A stretch of 64,000 bases of DNA, taken from NCBI GenBank assembly GCA_049518415.1, contig JBEKRX010000031.1, positions 2,359 to 66,358 on the forward strand. The letters run 5' to 3'. This document shows, one piece after another, positions 10,001 to 18,733 of the stretch. The notes beneath the pieces were generated by a model. It worked only from the letters and a program-made list of their open reading frames with translations. It was not told the origin of the DNA and did no database searches. Every line of letters starts with the position of its first letter. Within the stretch, counting starts at the first letter, position 1. A program made the position numbers and the translations under genes. This DNA is from Verrucomicrobiota bacterium (GTDB taxonomy: Bacteria > Verrucomicrobiota > Verrucomicrobiia > Limisphaerales > UBA8199).

Positions 10001-11648
10001 TCCCCGCACTGGAAAAATCCGCGGAGGCATCATAGACCCCATCCGCATCGGCGCTTTGGTCATAATACCCGTAATACCAATTGTTGAACCCCTGCTGGCC
10101 GGTGCTGGACCAGTCGGCCACGCTATCGGCTTGGAGCCCGCCGGGCGACGCTACCGGAGCATTACGCGTCGCCACGGGCACCCCGTTGAGATACGCGACG
10201 AACCCGTCATTGTACCATATCCGGAGCTTCAGTTGATCCAGGTCTGCAGGGTCGGCGGCCACAAACGGCAAGCGCAGGTAAACGGTCGCGTTGGAGCCGC
10301 ACATTAGCCCCCCCACCTGGCTGCCCATCAGGCTGGTCATGTAATTCAGGCTCGAAACGGTTAACAGGTTCGCCGACCCGTCACCGCCATCGTCGGTTTC
10401 GCCGCCGGCGCCAATGGGAGTTAAAGCCAGGTCAACCACGTCGCCCTGGCGCACCTCCCCCAGCATCACATCCCGACTCACGCCCGTCGTGTCGTCCCCG
10501 CCGATAGCGGCCGAATCCTTGAGCACGCCGTTCAGATAGAGCTGGCCGGTGACGCCCGATCCGGTCGGGTTGGTCTTATACATTCGCCACCGGGCCTGCA
10601 TGATCGCCGTGGTGGTGCTGCGCCAACGCCGGATGACCCAGTGTTCGGCGCCGTTGTTGGTGCCGTTGGGGCAGGCATCTGTCTGGCCGACCGTGTCCCA
10701 GGGAACGGTAGCCGACGGCCAGCGATACTGGCTGCCCGTCCAATAGTTGCTCGCTCCGTAAGCGGCATCACTGCGCGGGAACAACACAAAATCGTTCGTC
10801 TGGTAGCCCGGGGAACCGTCGGCCGATTGGTTGTAATATCCGTAATACCAGCCGCGACTGCCCTGCACTCCTTCCGCGCTCCAATCCGCCACCGAGTCCG
10901 CGACCGGCACCAGGATTAACGAGTTATTCAGGTCGAAACCCACGCCGGTTGTCACGTCCGTCCAGCCCGCGTCATCGAAAGCTGGTAAAACCCAGTTCGT
11001 TCCCAGGGCGGCGTTGGGTGGCACCAGGAGTTTTCCCGCCGCACCGCGCCCCAGCAAGGTCACGGTCTGCGACGTGATGGGCAGGCCATAGCTCAGGTCG
11101 TCCGCTTGCGGCGGGAAACTCGGCGCGTAGGCCGTTGCTATCGTAATCCCATCCGGTTTAACCAGGGCGAGATACTCGCCGTCCTTGGAGAGCTTAAAAT
11201 TGGTGTGCAGGGGGTTGCCCGGAACCCGGCGGTCCTTTTTCGAGGCAAAAACCACGAGAAATTGCCCGGCCGCCAGGTTGGTTGACGGGAACTGCCACTT
11301 GTTCAACTGGTCGCTTTTATCGGTCAGATACCAGCCGCCCAGGTCCACCGGCGCGGCGCTGACGTTGCAAACCTCAATCCAATCTTCGAAGTTGCCATCC
11401 TCATCCCTGAGGGTCCTGATGTTCGAGGCTTGGAACTCGGACAGAACGACTTGTGCGCCCGGCCGGGCGGGAGCGCATAAGCTCAGGAACAGGCTTAACC
11501 AAAGAACGGATTGTCTTGCCGAACCGCGCACAGAAAGCAGTCTAGCAAGATTCGCGCCCCATGACAAGAAAAATCTCGGCGCATAACCCTTGGGGCGCAA
11601 TCGCGAGCTGACGGTGTTTCCTGAGCGAATCAAGAGGCGAAGATTCAC
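4092..11648 (-). CDS. Giant secreted CotH-kinase-family / lamin-tail-domain (LTD) protein with Ig-like and cadherin-like domains
   Basis: 2518-aa ORF. At least four LTD-like segments (e.g. VVLSEFQASN...WIEVCNVSAAPVDLGGWYLTD; IVINEVLAHTDPPQVDAIELYNP...GNWYLTD). CotH core (NIGVNLHGESTRSFPKQSYDLVF...TWADKTEMRNVLAHE). Two Ig-like repeats, an I-set-like Ig (SYQWRLNDAP) and a cadherin-like segment (LANDIDPGGQPL). Confidence 0.85.
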   Translation of the reverse strand: MNLRLLIRSGNTVSSRLRPKGYAPRFFLSWGANLARLLSVRGSARQSVLWLSLFLSLCAPARPGAQVVLSEFQASNIRTLRDEDGNFEDWIEVCNVSAAPVDLGGWYLTDKSDQLNKWQFPSTNLAAGQFLVVFASKKDRRVPGNPLHTNFKLSKDGEYLALVKPDGITIATAYAPSFPPQADDLSYGLPITSQTVTLLGRGAAGKLLVPPNAALGTNWVLPAFDDAGWTDVTTGVGFDLNNSLILVPVADSVADWSAEGVQGSRGWYYGYYNQSADGSPGYQTNDFVLFPRSDAAYGASNYWTGSQYRWPSATVPWDTVGQTDACPNGTNNGAEHWVIRRWRSTTTAIMQARWRMYKTNPTGSGVTGQLYLNGVLKDSAAIGGDDTTGVSRDVMLGEVRQGDVVDLALTPIGAGGETDDGGDGSANLLTVSSLNYMTSLMGSQVGGLMCGSNATVYLRLPFVAADPADLDQLKLRIWYNDGFVAYLNGVPVATRNAPVASPGGLQADSVADWSSTGQQGFNNWYYGYYDQSADADGVYDASADFSSAGTQWTWNGGAWVLRPGDPPWTMISLGGWRPNGTNSGGVHWPIRRWISKTSGQVTCRIAFAKENVACGSGATLRVLQNGVERFSWTLAYNDAAGLQTNLVLMNIQAGDYLDFALDPKGTDGSLDDSCDGCTFSAAIDQPPSEGAVWNSTATASRSPPETSVAEEIDLSGNRDLLVAGTNVLAIHGLNASPSDRDFLVLPELIGTKPGMDPGQHAYFTVPTPGAPNGAGSLTIGPIISDVAHTPLVPGDNDDLVVQARVTPSLRPVKSVTLKYRTMYVAESTTPMYDDGNHGDGAAGDSVYGARIPASASHPGQMVRYCIVAADMNSQETRAPAFPNPSRSPQYFGTVVFDPVLTNSRLPVLHWFIQNPSAANSDVTARCSLFFNGEFYDNIGVNLHGESTRSFPKQSYDLVFNPGYKFRWSDDAPRVGDLNLLTTWADKTEMRNVLAHETYRDGGAPSHFAFPVRVQQNRSFFSVANVVESGNDDFLQRLGLDPQGALYKMYNSAESVAGAEKKTRKNEGTADLQALITGMGQPNATARQAFMFDNLNVPEVIDFLAAKIITADVDCCFKNYYLYRDSDGTGEWQGMPWDVDLSFGRVWTCGTPCYEYFDETIYTNQGITVGYGNTVFTPIYDTPATRQMFLRRLRTLMDELFQPPGTPVTNDFYRLKTLALRDQIAPDAALDLARWGTWGTRETITQAVNRIWNEFLPGRRTFLFRTMSVTNGGEIPAAQPTNAVVQIDGLEYRPSSGNPLQEWLSLTNPNSYAVDISNWRLDGGVRFQFKPGTVIPARSAIFVSPDVNAFRSRQASPKGGEQRLVVGPYDGNLSAWGESLVLTDPTGRLVNSNSYVGSPSLAQRFLRITEIFYNPDPLPGYTNIDAQLFEFLELRNIGPVPLDLRGVRFTEGVQFDFAAGAITNLAAGARVLLVRDTNAFALRYGSGLPVAGQFTGKLDNAGERLRLEDPYGEKILDFSYDNRWYPITDGHGYSLVIVDDTILWSLWGEKTSWRPNGALGGKPGQSDPLPPDFPAIVINEVLAHTDPPQVDAIELYNPAATNVNVGNWYLTDDFNVARKFRIPYPTIIPPQSFIYFTEAQFNSTPGVFPSFALNSEGDDVWLFSADAASTLTGYVQGFDFGATANGVSLGRYTNSAGEIDYPAQVAVTLGRANAGPLVGPIVLSEIMYHPAPTTPSNTPASYIELANVASVSTPLFNPAEPTNTWRLRNAVDFDFPTNVVMSAGSRLLVVGFDPVTNTPALNSFCALYGVPPGTPIYGPWQGSLGNADETIELKKPDPWGTNGVPYVMVEKVHYLDHAPWPESADGAGSSLQRRTLSAYANEPTNWFASTPTAGAPNQPNLLPTVQLTSPIPGTTYQIPTNVLIAATAADSDGTILRVEFRADGQKLGEVLAEPYTFVWTNPAPRSHSLTAVAVDDCLGATESAAVGIAVVSPPPMVSLTQPADGTVVLAGSGLPVTANATSADGGIDRVEFYAGDLLFAQLFAPPYAMTLSSAVAATYALTAVAVDTLGSASTSAVVRAGFTTGSNAPTTLVPTGSTWKYLDDGSNQGTNWVAPGFDDSTWKSGKAELGYGDAAKGRPEATEISYGPDASKKWVTYYFRQAFTVAQAASLQGLSLSLLRDDGAIVYLNGKEVFRSNMPDRPIDYLQLALNAVAGAEETTYFQKAVDSSLMRDGTNVLAVEVHQASRDSPDVSFDLSFAGTRTLLAPAILGQPASQKIQAGGTAVFSVDAGGTSPLSYQWRLNDAPIQDATAPMLVVTNANAADVGAYQVLITNAVGWVMSASATLSLTNGPPVPGADGLLVLQGQQASVPDSTLLANDIDPGGQPLVLTAVSASSHFGATVTWSAGQVNYRPAPDFLGSDWFTYTVAASGGLSAEGRVEVLVYSGTLPATNQLSIVPLTTGYRLRYCGAPARLCELQRSADLAHWNTLVETTIPPHGIVEYLESNPPVSGAYYRVRQQ

Positions 11649-11671
11649 TTTTCGGTCGTTGCGAGCGAGTG

Positions 11672-11708
11672 AGCACCAAGAAAGAGGACCGGGCTGTCGC
11701 CCGGTCCT
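11672..11708 (-). terminator. Rho-independent terminator candidate downstream of the PA14 gene
   Basis: The minus strand reads aggaccggg-cgacag-cccggtcct followed by ctttctt. It lies 30 nt after the stop at 11738. Confidence 0.5.
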
Positions 11709-11737
11709 TGGCTAAGGTTCAATTAACGAGGCCAGCG

Positions 11738-14700
11738 TTACTGCTTGACCCGATAGAATGTCGTCGCGCCCGGAGCCGGGGTGACAACAAACGGACTGAT
11801 CGCGCCCAGGACCGGAGTGTAAGTCCCCCGCACCGTCGGGGAGGATACGAGGGTCCCGGTCGCCCAGGTGATCCTCACCTTGCCGGCCACGTCAAGCGCA
11901 ATCTTCAGTTGCGGATCAAAAACCGCCGAATAATCGCCGTAATCGCGGATCTGCGCCAGGAACGTCCCCTGGTCGGCCGGATCGGTAATGTTCGCGTTCT
12001 CCGGCGCGAAGTCCGGGCCGACGTACACGGTAGCTGGCATGGGCCTCTTGCTCGCATCGTCAACCCCCCACGTCGTGGAACCGAGGGCGACCCAGTTCAC
12101 GCCGTCGTCGCTCCGATACGTGGTGAAGGTCTGCCCGACGCGCTGGAGGCGGCACCAGGCATCCGGATACGCCGGTATGGCGTTGGCCCCGGTCATATTA
12201 GCTCCGGTGGTTATGCCGCCGGTGTCCAACCGCCGGTTGAGTTCCCATTCCTGCGGGCCAAGCAACCCCGGCCCGAGAACGGCTCCAACTGGGGTGACGA
12301 GGCACTTCTGGTAACGAGCGGCGGTGGTCGCCTGCGTGGCCCGGTCCACTCCGAAGCTCGTCGCGTCTTTAGCGATCAGGCCCGCGCGGGCCCATTGACT
12401 GGAGCCGTCCTGGTAAGCCACCCGGAGCTTCTTGTCGAAGTCACCCGTGACCTGCTCGTAAACGAACGCGGCTTCGTCGTAGTTGTTCCACGCAGCGATG
12501 CCGTCGCTGTAAATGTCGAAGCCGTTGGGAGCCACCGGCACCACGGCGTTCCACCCGCCGAGTTCGTTGGCGCCCACCACGCCCCATTTCATCTTCGTAT
12601 CCACGGTGAACGGCACCGTCACGGAGGTGATCTTATTGCCGTACAGATCGGCCACGTTCCTGACCGTAAGAGTACCGCTGCCCGTAAGCCCGGTGACTTT
12701 CAGCAAGGCCGTCTGCTTCCGCACCATGGCCAGGGGATTTTGGGAGTTGGCGGTGAACCTGTTGGTTTGCCAACTGAACCCCGTAATCGTGCCGGGCGGC
12801 GAAACCGAGTAGTTCGAGAGCAGTTGTCCCGAGACCTCGTCCACCGTCTCGTCGAACCCGACGCCGACGTCCACGACGCCGGCAGTTTCATCCAGCATGG
12901 CACCCACCGAGACCACGGGCGGAAAGGTGTCCACCATGACCGTGAGCGTGGCCACGGAACTGGCTGATGAATAGGGCGGCACGGAGGCGATCAAGCGGAA
13001 CTGCGTGCCATCGTCCGCCAACCCCAGGATCGACGTCTGGTAGGACGCGCCCGTGGCGCCGGCAATGTCGGTCCAGGTCGAGCTGCCCTTGGGCGCCGAC
13101 TGCCACTGATAAAACACTTGCGTGCCGTAAGCCGAGCTGCCGGTTGCGGCGGCCGTGAACTTCGCCGTCTGCCCCTGCACGACGCTCACATTCTGCGGCT
13201 GCGAGGTGAACGTGACGCTCGCGCCGCTCGGATCGAAGTAGTAGCCGATGACGCTGCCAGCCAGCCTCGGCGCATCACCATTGTTCGGATCGGGTTCACC
13301 TGCCAACTTGTAGGTCGCCCCGGAGTAGTCAGAGCCGCACCAACTGGGATCATGATGGACGAGCAACATATAATACCGGTGGCCGTTTGTCAGCGTGATG
13401 GTGTTGCCCGACGGCCAGTCGGTGTTGGCAAACGTGTCGGAGCGCAACGGCGTCAGGTCGGTGCTGTTTGGATCGGGGGGAGGGGGCTGCCCCAACATCC
13501 AATCGCGCGGGTTGGTCCAACCACCTGGTTCCGCCGTGATCAGATGCTTGTTCGCCGGATTTTCGTCCGTGCTCAGATACAGCCAAAAACGGTCGGCGCC
13601 GCAAGTAAAGAACACGTAATCGCCGCTCGTCGGCGGGATGAAGTAGCCTTCGATCGTATCGAAATAATTCCTCGCCGGGTCGTCGGAGAGAACGCGATAA
13701 ATGCCGTCCGCCGGATACTCCCATCTGAGCTCGATGTCCCTGCGATCCGGGTTGTTCGGGAACCGGGGATCGTTAAACAGGCCGTTGGGAGTGCCGCCGG
13801 TGCCGTTATCGACGTTGCTGTACTTCTGGTGGAGGGCGGCTCCGGTCAGGAACATCAGGGACCGCACCTCGATCTGGGTGTTCGGGGCGATCGTGTTCGG
13901 CGGGGTGGCCGTGTCCTGCACGCCGTTGATGGTCAAAATATAGACCTTGTTCTCCGCCAGCTTGCTGGTCGTCAGTTTCACCGTCAGGAGGTCCAGGCGG
14001 GCAACGGAGGAGACGGTGATGCCCTGGTCCATCTGGTAACGGGAGGCCAGCAGGGCCGTGTCGGTCACCGGTTCGGAGAACGTTACCACCACATGGGTCC
14101 ACGTCATATCCGTCGAGGCCTTGACCACCGTGGGCGGCACGATGTCCACGGAAACGGTCAGCGTGGCGACGGAACTGGTTGCCGAGACGGGCGGCACGGT
14201 GGCGATGACCCGGAACTGCTTGCCATCATCCCCCGCGACCAGGAACGGGGTCGTGTAGGTCGCGGCGGTAGCCCCGGGAATGTCGGTCCAGGTGGAGCTG
14301 CCCTTGGGGGCGGATTGCCACTGGTAATACACGTTCGTGGTGTAGGCCGAAGTGCCGGAAGCGAGCGCTGAGAAATTGGTCTTGGTGCCAGCGAGGACGC
14401 TCGCACTTTGCGGCTGCAGGCTGAAGGTGACGCTCCCCACGGTGGGATCCAGGTACGAACCCACCACGCTGCCGGTCAGCGTCGGCGCAGAGCCATTAGC
14501 GGGGTCAGCGTCGGTGTCTAACTTGTAGGTCGCGGCGAACCAGTCCCCACCGGCCCAACTCGGATCAAAGTGCGCCAACAACAGGTAATACCGGTTGCCA
14601 TTTGTCAGGGTGATGGTGTTGCCATCCGGCCATTGGGTGCCGCTATACCGGTCAGAGCGAGTCAGGTCCAGAATGTTGTCGTAACTCGTCAGCCAACTGC

Positions 14701-16318
14701 GCGGTTCGCTCCAGCCAGACGCCGCCGCGATTAGGCACTTGTTCGCCGGGCTTTCGTCGGTGCTCAGGTACAGCCAGCCATAGTCGGCAAAAGCGATGAC
14801 AAATACGTAGTTGGCGGTCGTCGGCGGGATGAAATAGCCGTCCAGGGTGTCGAAGTAATATCTGTTTGCCACCCCAGAGGGATCGGCAGCCTCATCACGG
14901 CCAATGGCGTCGGCCGGATACTCATACCGCGTCATGAGGTCCCTGCGATCCGGGTTGTTTGGAAACCGGGGATCGTTAAACAGGTTGGCGATAGTGTTGC
15001 CCGCGTTGTTGTCAAAGCCTTTATACTTCTGGTGGAGCACGACGCCGGGCGCGAAGACAAAGGACTTGAACTGAACCTGGGTATTGGCGGCAATCGTGTT
15101 GGCGGGGGTGGCCGTGTCTTGCACTCCGTTGATGGTCAGGGTGTAGAGCTTGCCGCTCGCCATCGTGCTGGTGTTCAGCTTCACCGTCAGGAGGTCCACG
15201 CGGTCAACCGAGGAGACGCCCACCCCCTGGTCAATCCCGTAATGGGAGGCCAGCAGCGCGCCGTCGGACACGGGTTCGGAGAACGTCACCAGGACGTCGG
15301 TGAACGAGGCATCCGCCACCGCTTTCACCACCGTGGGCGGCGCGGTGTCGGCCGTCACCGTGAGCCTGACTTCACTGCTGTACAAGGGAATGCCCGGGAC
15401 GGCGACGTAACACTTCACCATCATGCCGTCTTGGGCCTTCTTCGGCCACGCAATCGAGTAGTTCGTGCCATTGGCGCCTGGAATCTCCACGCCGTTCGTA
15501 AACCATTGATAGAACGTGTCGAGCTGGGCCTTGTCGCCCAACGGAACTGGCCCACCCAGGGTGGGTGTGAGGGTGGTACTGCTGGTGTATTTGCCGTAAG
15601 GCGTCACCGCCGTCGCCGCTATCGAAAAGGTGACGACCGGCACGTTCTCGGGTACGGAAGTGGCCACGGGCTGCTGCGTGATCGCCAGGGAGGCACCCGC
15701 CGGGTCCGCCATCGAACTCAGCATCGTGCTGACCAGCGGCACCAGCGAGGCCGCCGGCGTCGTGCCGCTGGCGGCTTGCATTGCGACCTCGACGTAATCA
15801 CCCTCCGCCCCTTCCTTCATGAGGATCTTGACGGCATATTTCTGGCCGACTACCAGGTGCCACGGCGCTAACGTCGTCTGAGGGTAGCCTACCTCCAAGA
15901 AGCCCTTGCAGCAGCCAGTTTCCTCCGCCACAAGTTGCAGGTTCGCCGCAGTCGCGTCGGTGCTAAGCCACAATTGCGAGGCGTCATCACTTGCGAGGTA
16001 GAAATTATAATCGTCCGTCACGGTCGGGGTAATCCAGCCCGTCATCCGGGCGCCGTATTGTTCGTGCGAGTCATCCGGGAAAACGCCCCGGCTGTTGAAC
16101 CCAGCCGCGTAGCTCGTCATGTCCGGGATGTTCGCGACATAGTTGGGGTCGAAGTCCAGGAGGGCCACGTCGGTCCCGGTGAGGGTCGCGTCGCGCAGCG
16201 GCGGGAACCAACATTCGTATTTGAGGAAACCCCGGGTTTCCACGGAGGCTGCCTGGCATGGAATACTGGTCAGGCCAACCAGTCCCAGCGCGCAGAGTAG
16301 GGTTGTTGTTGTTTTCAT
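11738..16318 (-). CDS. Large secreted PA14 / Ig-like / LamG-like repeat protein
   Basis: ORF 11738..16351. The internal ATG at 16318 gives the signal peptide MKTTTTLLCALGLVGLTSIPCQA. Three PA14-like segments (YGARMTGWITP...YNFYLASDDASQLWLS; FDTLDGYFIPP...WLYLSTDE; FDTIEGYFIPP...WLYLSTDE). Ig-like segments (YYQWQSAPKGSSTWTDI). A concanavalin/LamG-like C-terminal part. Confidence 0.8.
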   Translation of the reverse strand: MKTTTTLLCALGLVGLTSIPCQAASVETRGFLKYECWFPPLRDATLTGTDVALLDFDPNYVANIPDMTSYAAGFNSRGVFPDDSHEQYGARMTGWITPTVTDDYNFYLASDDASQLWLSTDATAANLQLVAEETGCCKGFLEVGYPQTTLAPWHLVVGQKYAVKILMKEGAEGDYVEVAMQAASGTTPAASLVPLVSTMLSSMADPAGASLAITQQPVATSVPENVPVVTFSIAATAVTPYGKYTSSTTLTPTLGGPVPLGDKAQLDTFYQWFTNGVEIPGANGTNYSIAWPKKAQDGMMVKCYVAVPGIPLYSSEVRLTVTADTAPPTVVKAVADASFTDVLVTFSEPVSDGALLASHYGIDQGVGVSSVDRVDLLTVKLNTSTMASGKLYTLTINGVQDTATPANTIAANTQVQFKSFVFAPGVVLHQKYKGFDNNAGNTIANLFNDPRFPNNPDRRDLMTRYEYPADAIGRDEAADPSGVANRYYFDTLDGYFIPPTTANYVFVIAFADYGWLYLSTDESPANKCLIAAASGWSEPRSWLTSYDNILDLTRSDRYSGTQWPDGNTITLTNGNRYYLLLAHFDPSWAGGDWFAATYKLDTDADPANGSAPTLTGSVVGSYLDPTVGSVTFSLQPQSASVLAGTKTNFSALASGTSAYTTNVYYQWQSAPKGSSTWTDIPGATAATYTTPFLVAGDDGKQFRVIATVPPVSATSSVATLTVSVDIVPPTVVKASTDMTWTHVVVTFSEPVTDTALLASRYQMDQGITVSSVARLDLLTVKLTTSKLAENKVYILTINGVQDTATPPNTIAPNTQIEVRSLMFLTGAALHQKYSNVDNGTGGTPNGLFNDPRFPNNPDRRDIELRWEYPADGIYRVLSDDPARNYFDTIEGYFIPPTSGDYVFFTCGADRFWLYLSTDENPANKHLITAEPGGWTNPRDWMLGQPPPPDPNSTDLTPLRSDTFANTDWPSGNTITLTNGHRYYMLLVHHDPSWCGSDYSGATYKLAGEPDPNNGDAPRLAGSVIGYYFDPSGASVTFTSQPQNVSVVQGQTAKFTAAATGSSAYGTQVFYQWQSAPKGSSTWTDIAGATGASYQTSILGLADDGTQFRLIASVPPYSSASSVATLTVMVDTFPPVVSVGAMLDETAGVVDVGVGFDETVDEVSGQLLSNYSVSPPGTITGFSWQTNRFTANSQNPLAMVRKQTALLKVTGLTGSGTLTVRNVADLYGNKITSVTVPFTVDTKMKWGVVGANELGGWNAVVPVAPNGFDIYSDGIAAWNNYDEAAFVYEQVTGDFDKKLRVAYQDGSSQWARAGLIAKDATSFGVDRATQATTAARYQKCLVTPVGAVLGPGLLGPQEWELNRRLDTGGITTGANMTGANAIPAYPDAWCRLQRVGQTFTTYRSDDGVNWVALGSTTWGVDDASKRPMPATVYVGPDFAPENANITDPADQGTFLAQIRDYGDYSAVFDPQLKIALDVAGKVRITWATGTLVSSPTVRGTYTPVLGAISPFVVTPAPGATTFYRVKQ

Positions 16319-16355
16319 TTGAACTGTTTTTGCGTTTTTGTGAAGGAACAATCCG

Positions 16356-16384
16356 CTTATATCCTTCTAATCCGCAAAAGGCAA
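16356..16384 (-). promoter_or_regulatory. Sigma70-like promoter candidate for the PA14 gene (TTGCCT-N17-TATAAG)
   Basis: Read on the minus strand inside an AT-rich patch. It would place the TSS ~30 nt before ATG 16318, which argues against the ATG at 16351. Confidence 0.35.
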
Positions 16385-16596
16385 TAAAAAAATTGACTAA
16401 AAAATTGAGCAATGTCGGCAGACGGAGCGCATCCGGGCACTGCCCTCAAATCCGGGATGCGCCCGTCGGACTCGGGCGTGCCTGAGCGGACTGGACGTCC
16501 GACGGGGCGGGCGCTAACTTCCCCGGGCTGCACAAAAAGAACCAAAAGCGAAAATCGGCGGCGGCAGCGCGAGAGCCGGCGCCGGCCCCGGACCGC

Positions 16597-18600
16597 GTGG
16601 TGGGGGCGACCCCGCGGAGGCGACGATGGTGGTTGCGCTCGCTGGCGGTGGTCGGAATTCCGTTGGTACTCCTGCTGTCAGCCGAAGGGGTCCTCCGGCT
16701 GGCCGGTTGGGGGTATTGCCCGCACTTCTTCCAGAACCGCCAGATCGAGGGCCGCGCGGTTTGGACCGACAACCAGGACTTTGGCCGGCGTGTCTTTCCG
16801 CCCGGGCTGGTTCGTTATCCGCGCCCCTTCACGATGCCGGCGGCCAAACCTCCGCACGCACTTCGCGTCTTTGTGCTGGGCGAGTCGGCGGCGATGGGTG
16901 ACCCGGACTTCAAGTTCGGCCTGCCGCGGATGGTGGAAGTGCTCTTGCGGGAACGTTTTCCCAACCGGCAAATCGAGGTGATCAACACCGCGATGGTGGC
17001 GATCAACTCCCATGTCATCCTGGCGATTGCCCGGGACTGCGCCCAACAGCAGGGCGACCTGTGGATCGTTTACATGGGCAACAACGAAATCATCGGGCCT
17101 TTCGGCGCCGCTTCGGTCTTCGGCGCGCAGGCGCCCGCCCTCCCTGTGGTGCGGGCCGGGTTGTGGGTGAAGGGGACGCGGCTGGGGCAGTTGCTGGACG
17201 GAGCGCTGCATTTCGTGCGCCAGGGGAACCAACCTTTGCCGGAGTGGACTGGGATGGCAATGATGGCAGACCAGAAGATTCGTCATGATGCGCCGGCGAC
17301 CGCCAGGGTCTATCGGCATTTTGAGCGGAACCTGGCCGACCTGCTGGCGAGTGGCGCCCGCGCCGGCGTGCCGATGGTTCTCTGCACGGTCGCTACCAAC
17401 CTGAAGGATTGTGCGCCGTTCGCATCCCTCCACCGGCCGGGCCTGGCGGCCACTGAGCTCGCCGAGTGGCAGGCCGCCTATGCTGCGGGAGTTGCCTGCC
17501 AAGACCAGGGCAAACTGGCCGAAGCCAAGGCGGCTTACGAACGGGCTGCCTGGATTGACGGCGAGTTTGCCGACCTGGCTTTTCGCCGGGCCGAATGCTG
17601 TCGCCTGCTGGGGCAGGATGCCGAAGCGGCGACTCTATTTCGCCTGGCCCGCGACAATGACGCGCTGCAGTTCCGTGCCGACGGGCGGATCAACGGGATG
17701 ATCCGGCGGGCCGCCGCCGCCTTCGCCGCCCGGCGGGTGAGCCTGTTGGACGCCGAGGAACTCTTTGCCACGAACAGTCAGCAAGGATTGCTGGGCGCCG
17801 AGTACTTTTATGAGCACGTCCACTTGACGCCGGAGGGAAATTATCTCCTGGCCCGCGCGGTGGCGGAGCAGGCGGCCAGGGCGCTCTCGTTGGAAGCAAC
17901 CGGCCAATGGGTTTCGCAGGCCGAATGCCTGCGGCTGCTGGGATTCACGGATTGGAATCGCTACGAGGCACTTGATGTGATGCGGGAACGTCTTGAGGGG
18001 GCGCCGTTTACGAGCCAGGTTGGTCACGCCCGTGAACTGCAGAGGATCAACGAGCAACTCGCCCGATACCGGCTCACCAGTAAACCGGCGCAGGTGCGGC
18101 GCGACATCCAGCGGGTTTCAGAGCTGGTTAGCCGTCACCCCGAAGACCCGGATCTCCGCTGGAACCTGGCTGCATTGCTGGAAAACGGCGGGGACGCGGC
18201 AGGGGCCGAGGAACAGTGGCGGGCGTTGATCGGTTTGCAGCCCCAGGCCGCGTTGCCTCGCATCGGCCTGGCCAAACTGCTGGAGAGGCTTGGCCGCCGG
18301 GCCGAAGCCTTCACGCTCTACGGCGAAGGCCTCCGCATAAACCCTGAGTATTACCCGGCCCGGTACGCGCTGGGATTGCTGTGCCTGCGGATGGACCGCT
18401 TGCCGGACGGGCTCCACCACTTGAAACTGGCGGTGCGACAGAAGCCACGGTCGCTCGAAGGCCGGCTCGCTTTGGGCCAGGCCCTGGCTCGGGCAAACCG
18501 ACCGGCTGATGCGGAGAAACAGGTCCTCGAAATCTTGCGCCTCGAGCCGAATAACGCACCGGCCCGGGCTCTGCTCAACACCCTGCGCGAGGCGAAGTAG
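16597..18600 (+). CDS. SGNH/GDSL-like hydrolase domain fused to TPR repeats
   Basis: N-terminal TM segment. VFVLGESAAMG (block I-like) and VYMGNNE (block III-like). The C-terminal half is TPR-like (EAKAAYERA, AEEQWRALIGLQP, AEKQVLEILRLEPNN). Confidence 0.55.
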   Translation: MVGATPRRRRWWLRSLAVVGIPLVLLLSAEGVLRLAGWGYCPHFFQNRQIEGRAVWTDNQDFGRRVFPPGLVRYPRPFTMPAAKPPHALRVFVLGESAAMGDPDFKFGLPRMVEVLLRERFPNRQIEVINTAMVAINSHVILAIARDCAQQQGDLWIVYMGNNEIIGPFGAASVFGAQAPALPVVRAGLWVKGTRLGQLLDGALHFVRQGNQPLPEWTGMAMMADQKIRHDAPATARVYRHFERNLADLLASGARAGVPMVLCTVATNLKDCAPFASLHRPGLAATELAEWQAAYAAGVACQDQGKLAEAKAAYERAAWIDGEFADLAFRRAECCRLLGQDAEAATLFRLARDNDALQFRADGRINGMIRRAAAAFAARRVSLLDAEELFATNSQQGLLGAEYFYEHVHLTPEGNYLLARAVAEQAARALSLEATGQWVSQAECLRLLGFTDWNRYEALDVMRERLEGAPFTSQVGHARELQRINEQLARYRLTSKPAQVRRDIQRVSELVSRHPEDPDLRWNLAALLENGGDAAGAEEQWRALIGLQPQAALPRIGLAKLLERLGRRAEAFTLYGEGLRINPEYYPARYALGLLCLRMDRLPDGLHHLKLAVRQKPRSLEGRLALGQALARANRPADAEKQVLEILRLEPNNAPARALLNTLREAK

Positions 18601-18733
18601 CCGTCCCGGCGAACCCCCATGAATCCCAGCCATACGTTGGTAAAAGATCGGCCTCAGACCGCAAGGTCTCAGCGCGGCAAGCCGCCGCCGAACTCACGCC
18701 GCAGTGTCCGTCGGCGCCAGTGAGCCCCCCGGG

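Noticed and set aside
11669-15871. Plus-strand ORFs of 432, 417 and 279 aa (11669-12967, 13118-14371, 15032-15871)
   Set aside because: All are antisense to the PA14 protein gene. They are Arg/Gly/His/Val-rich with no motifs.
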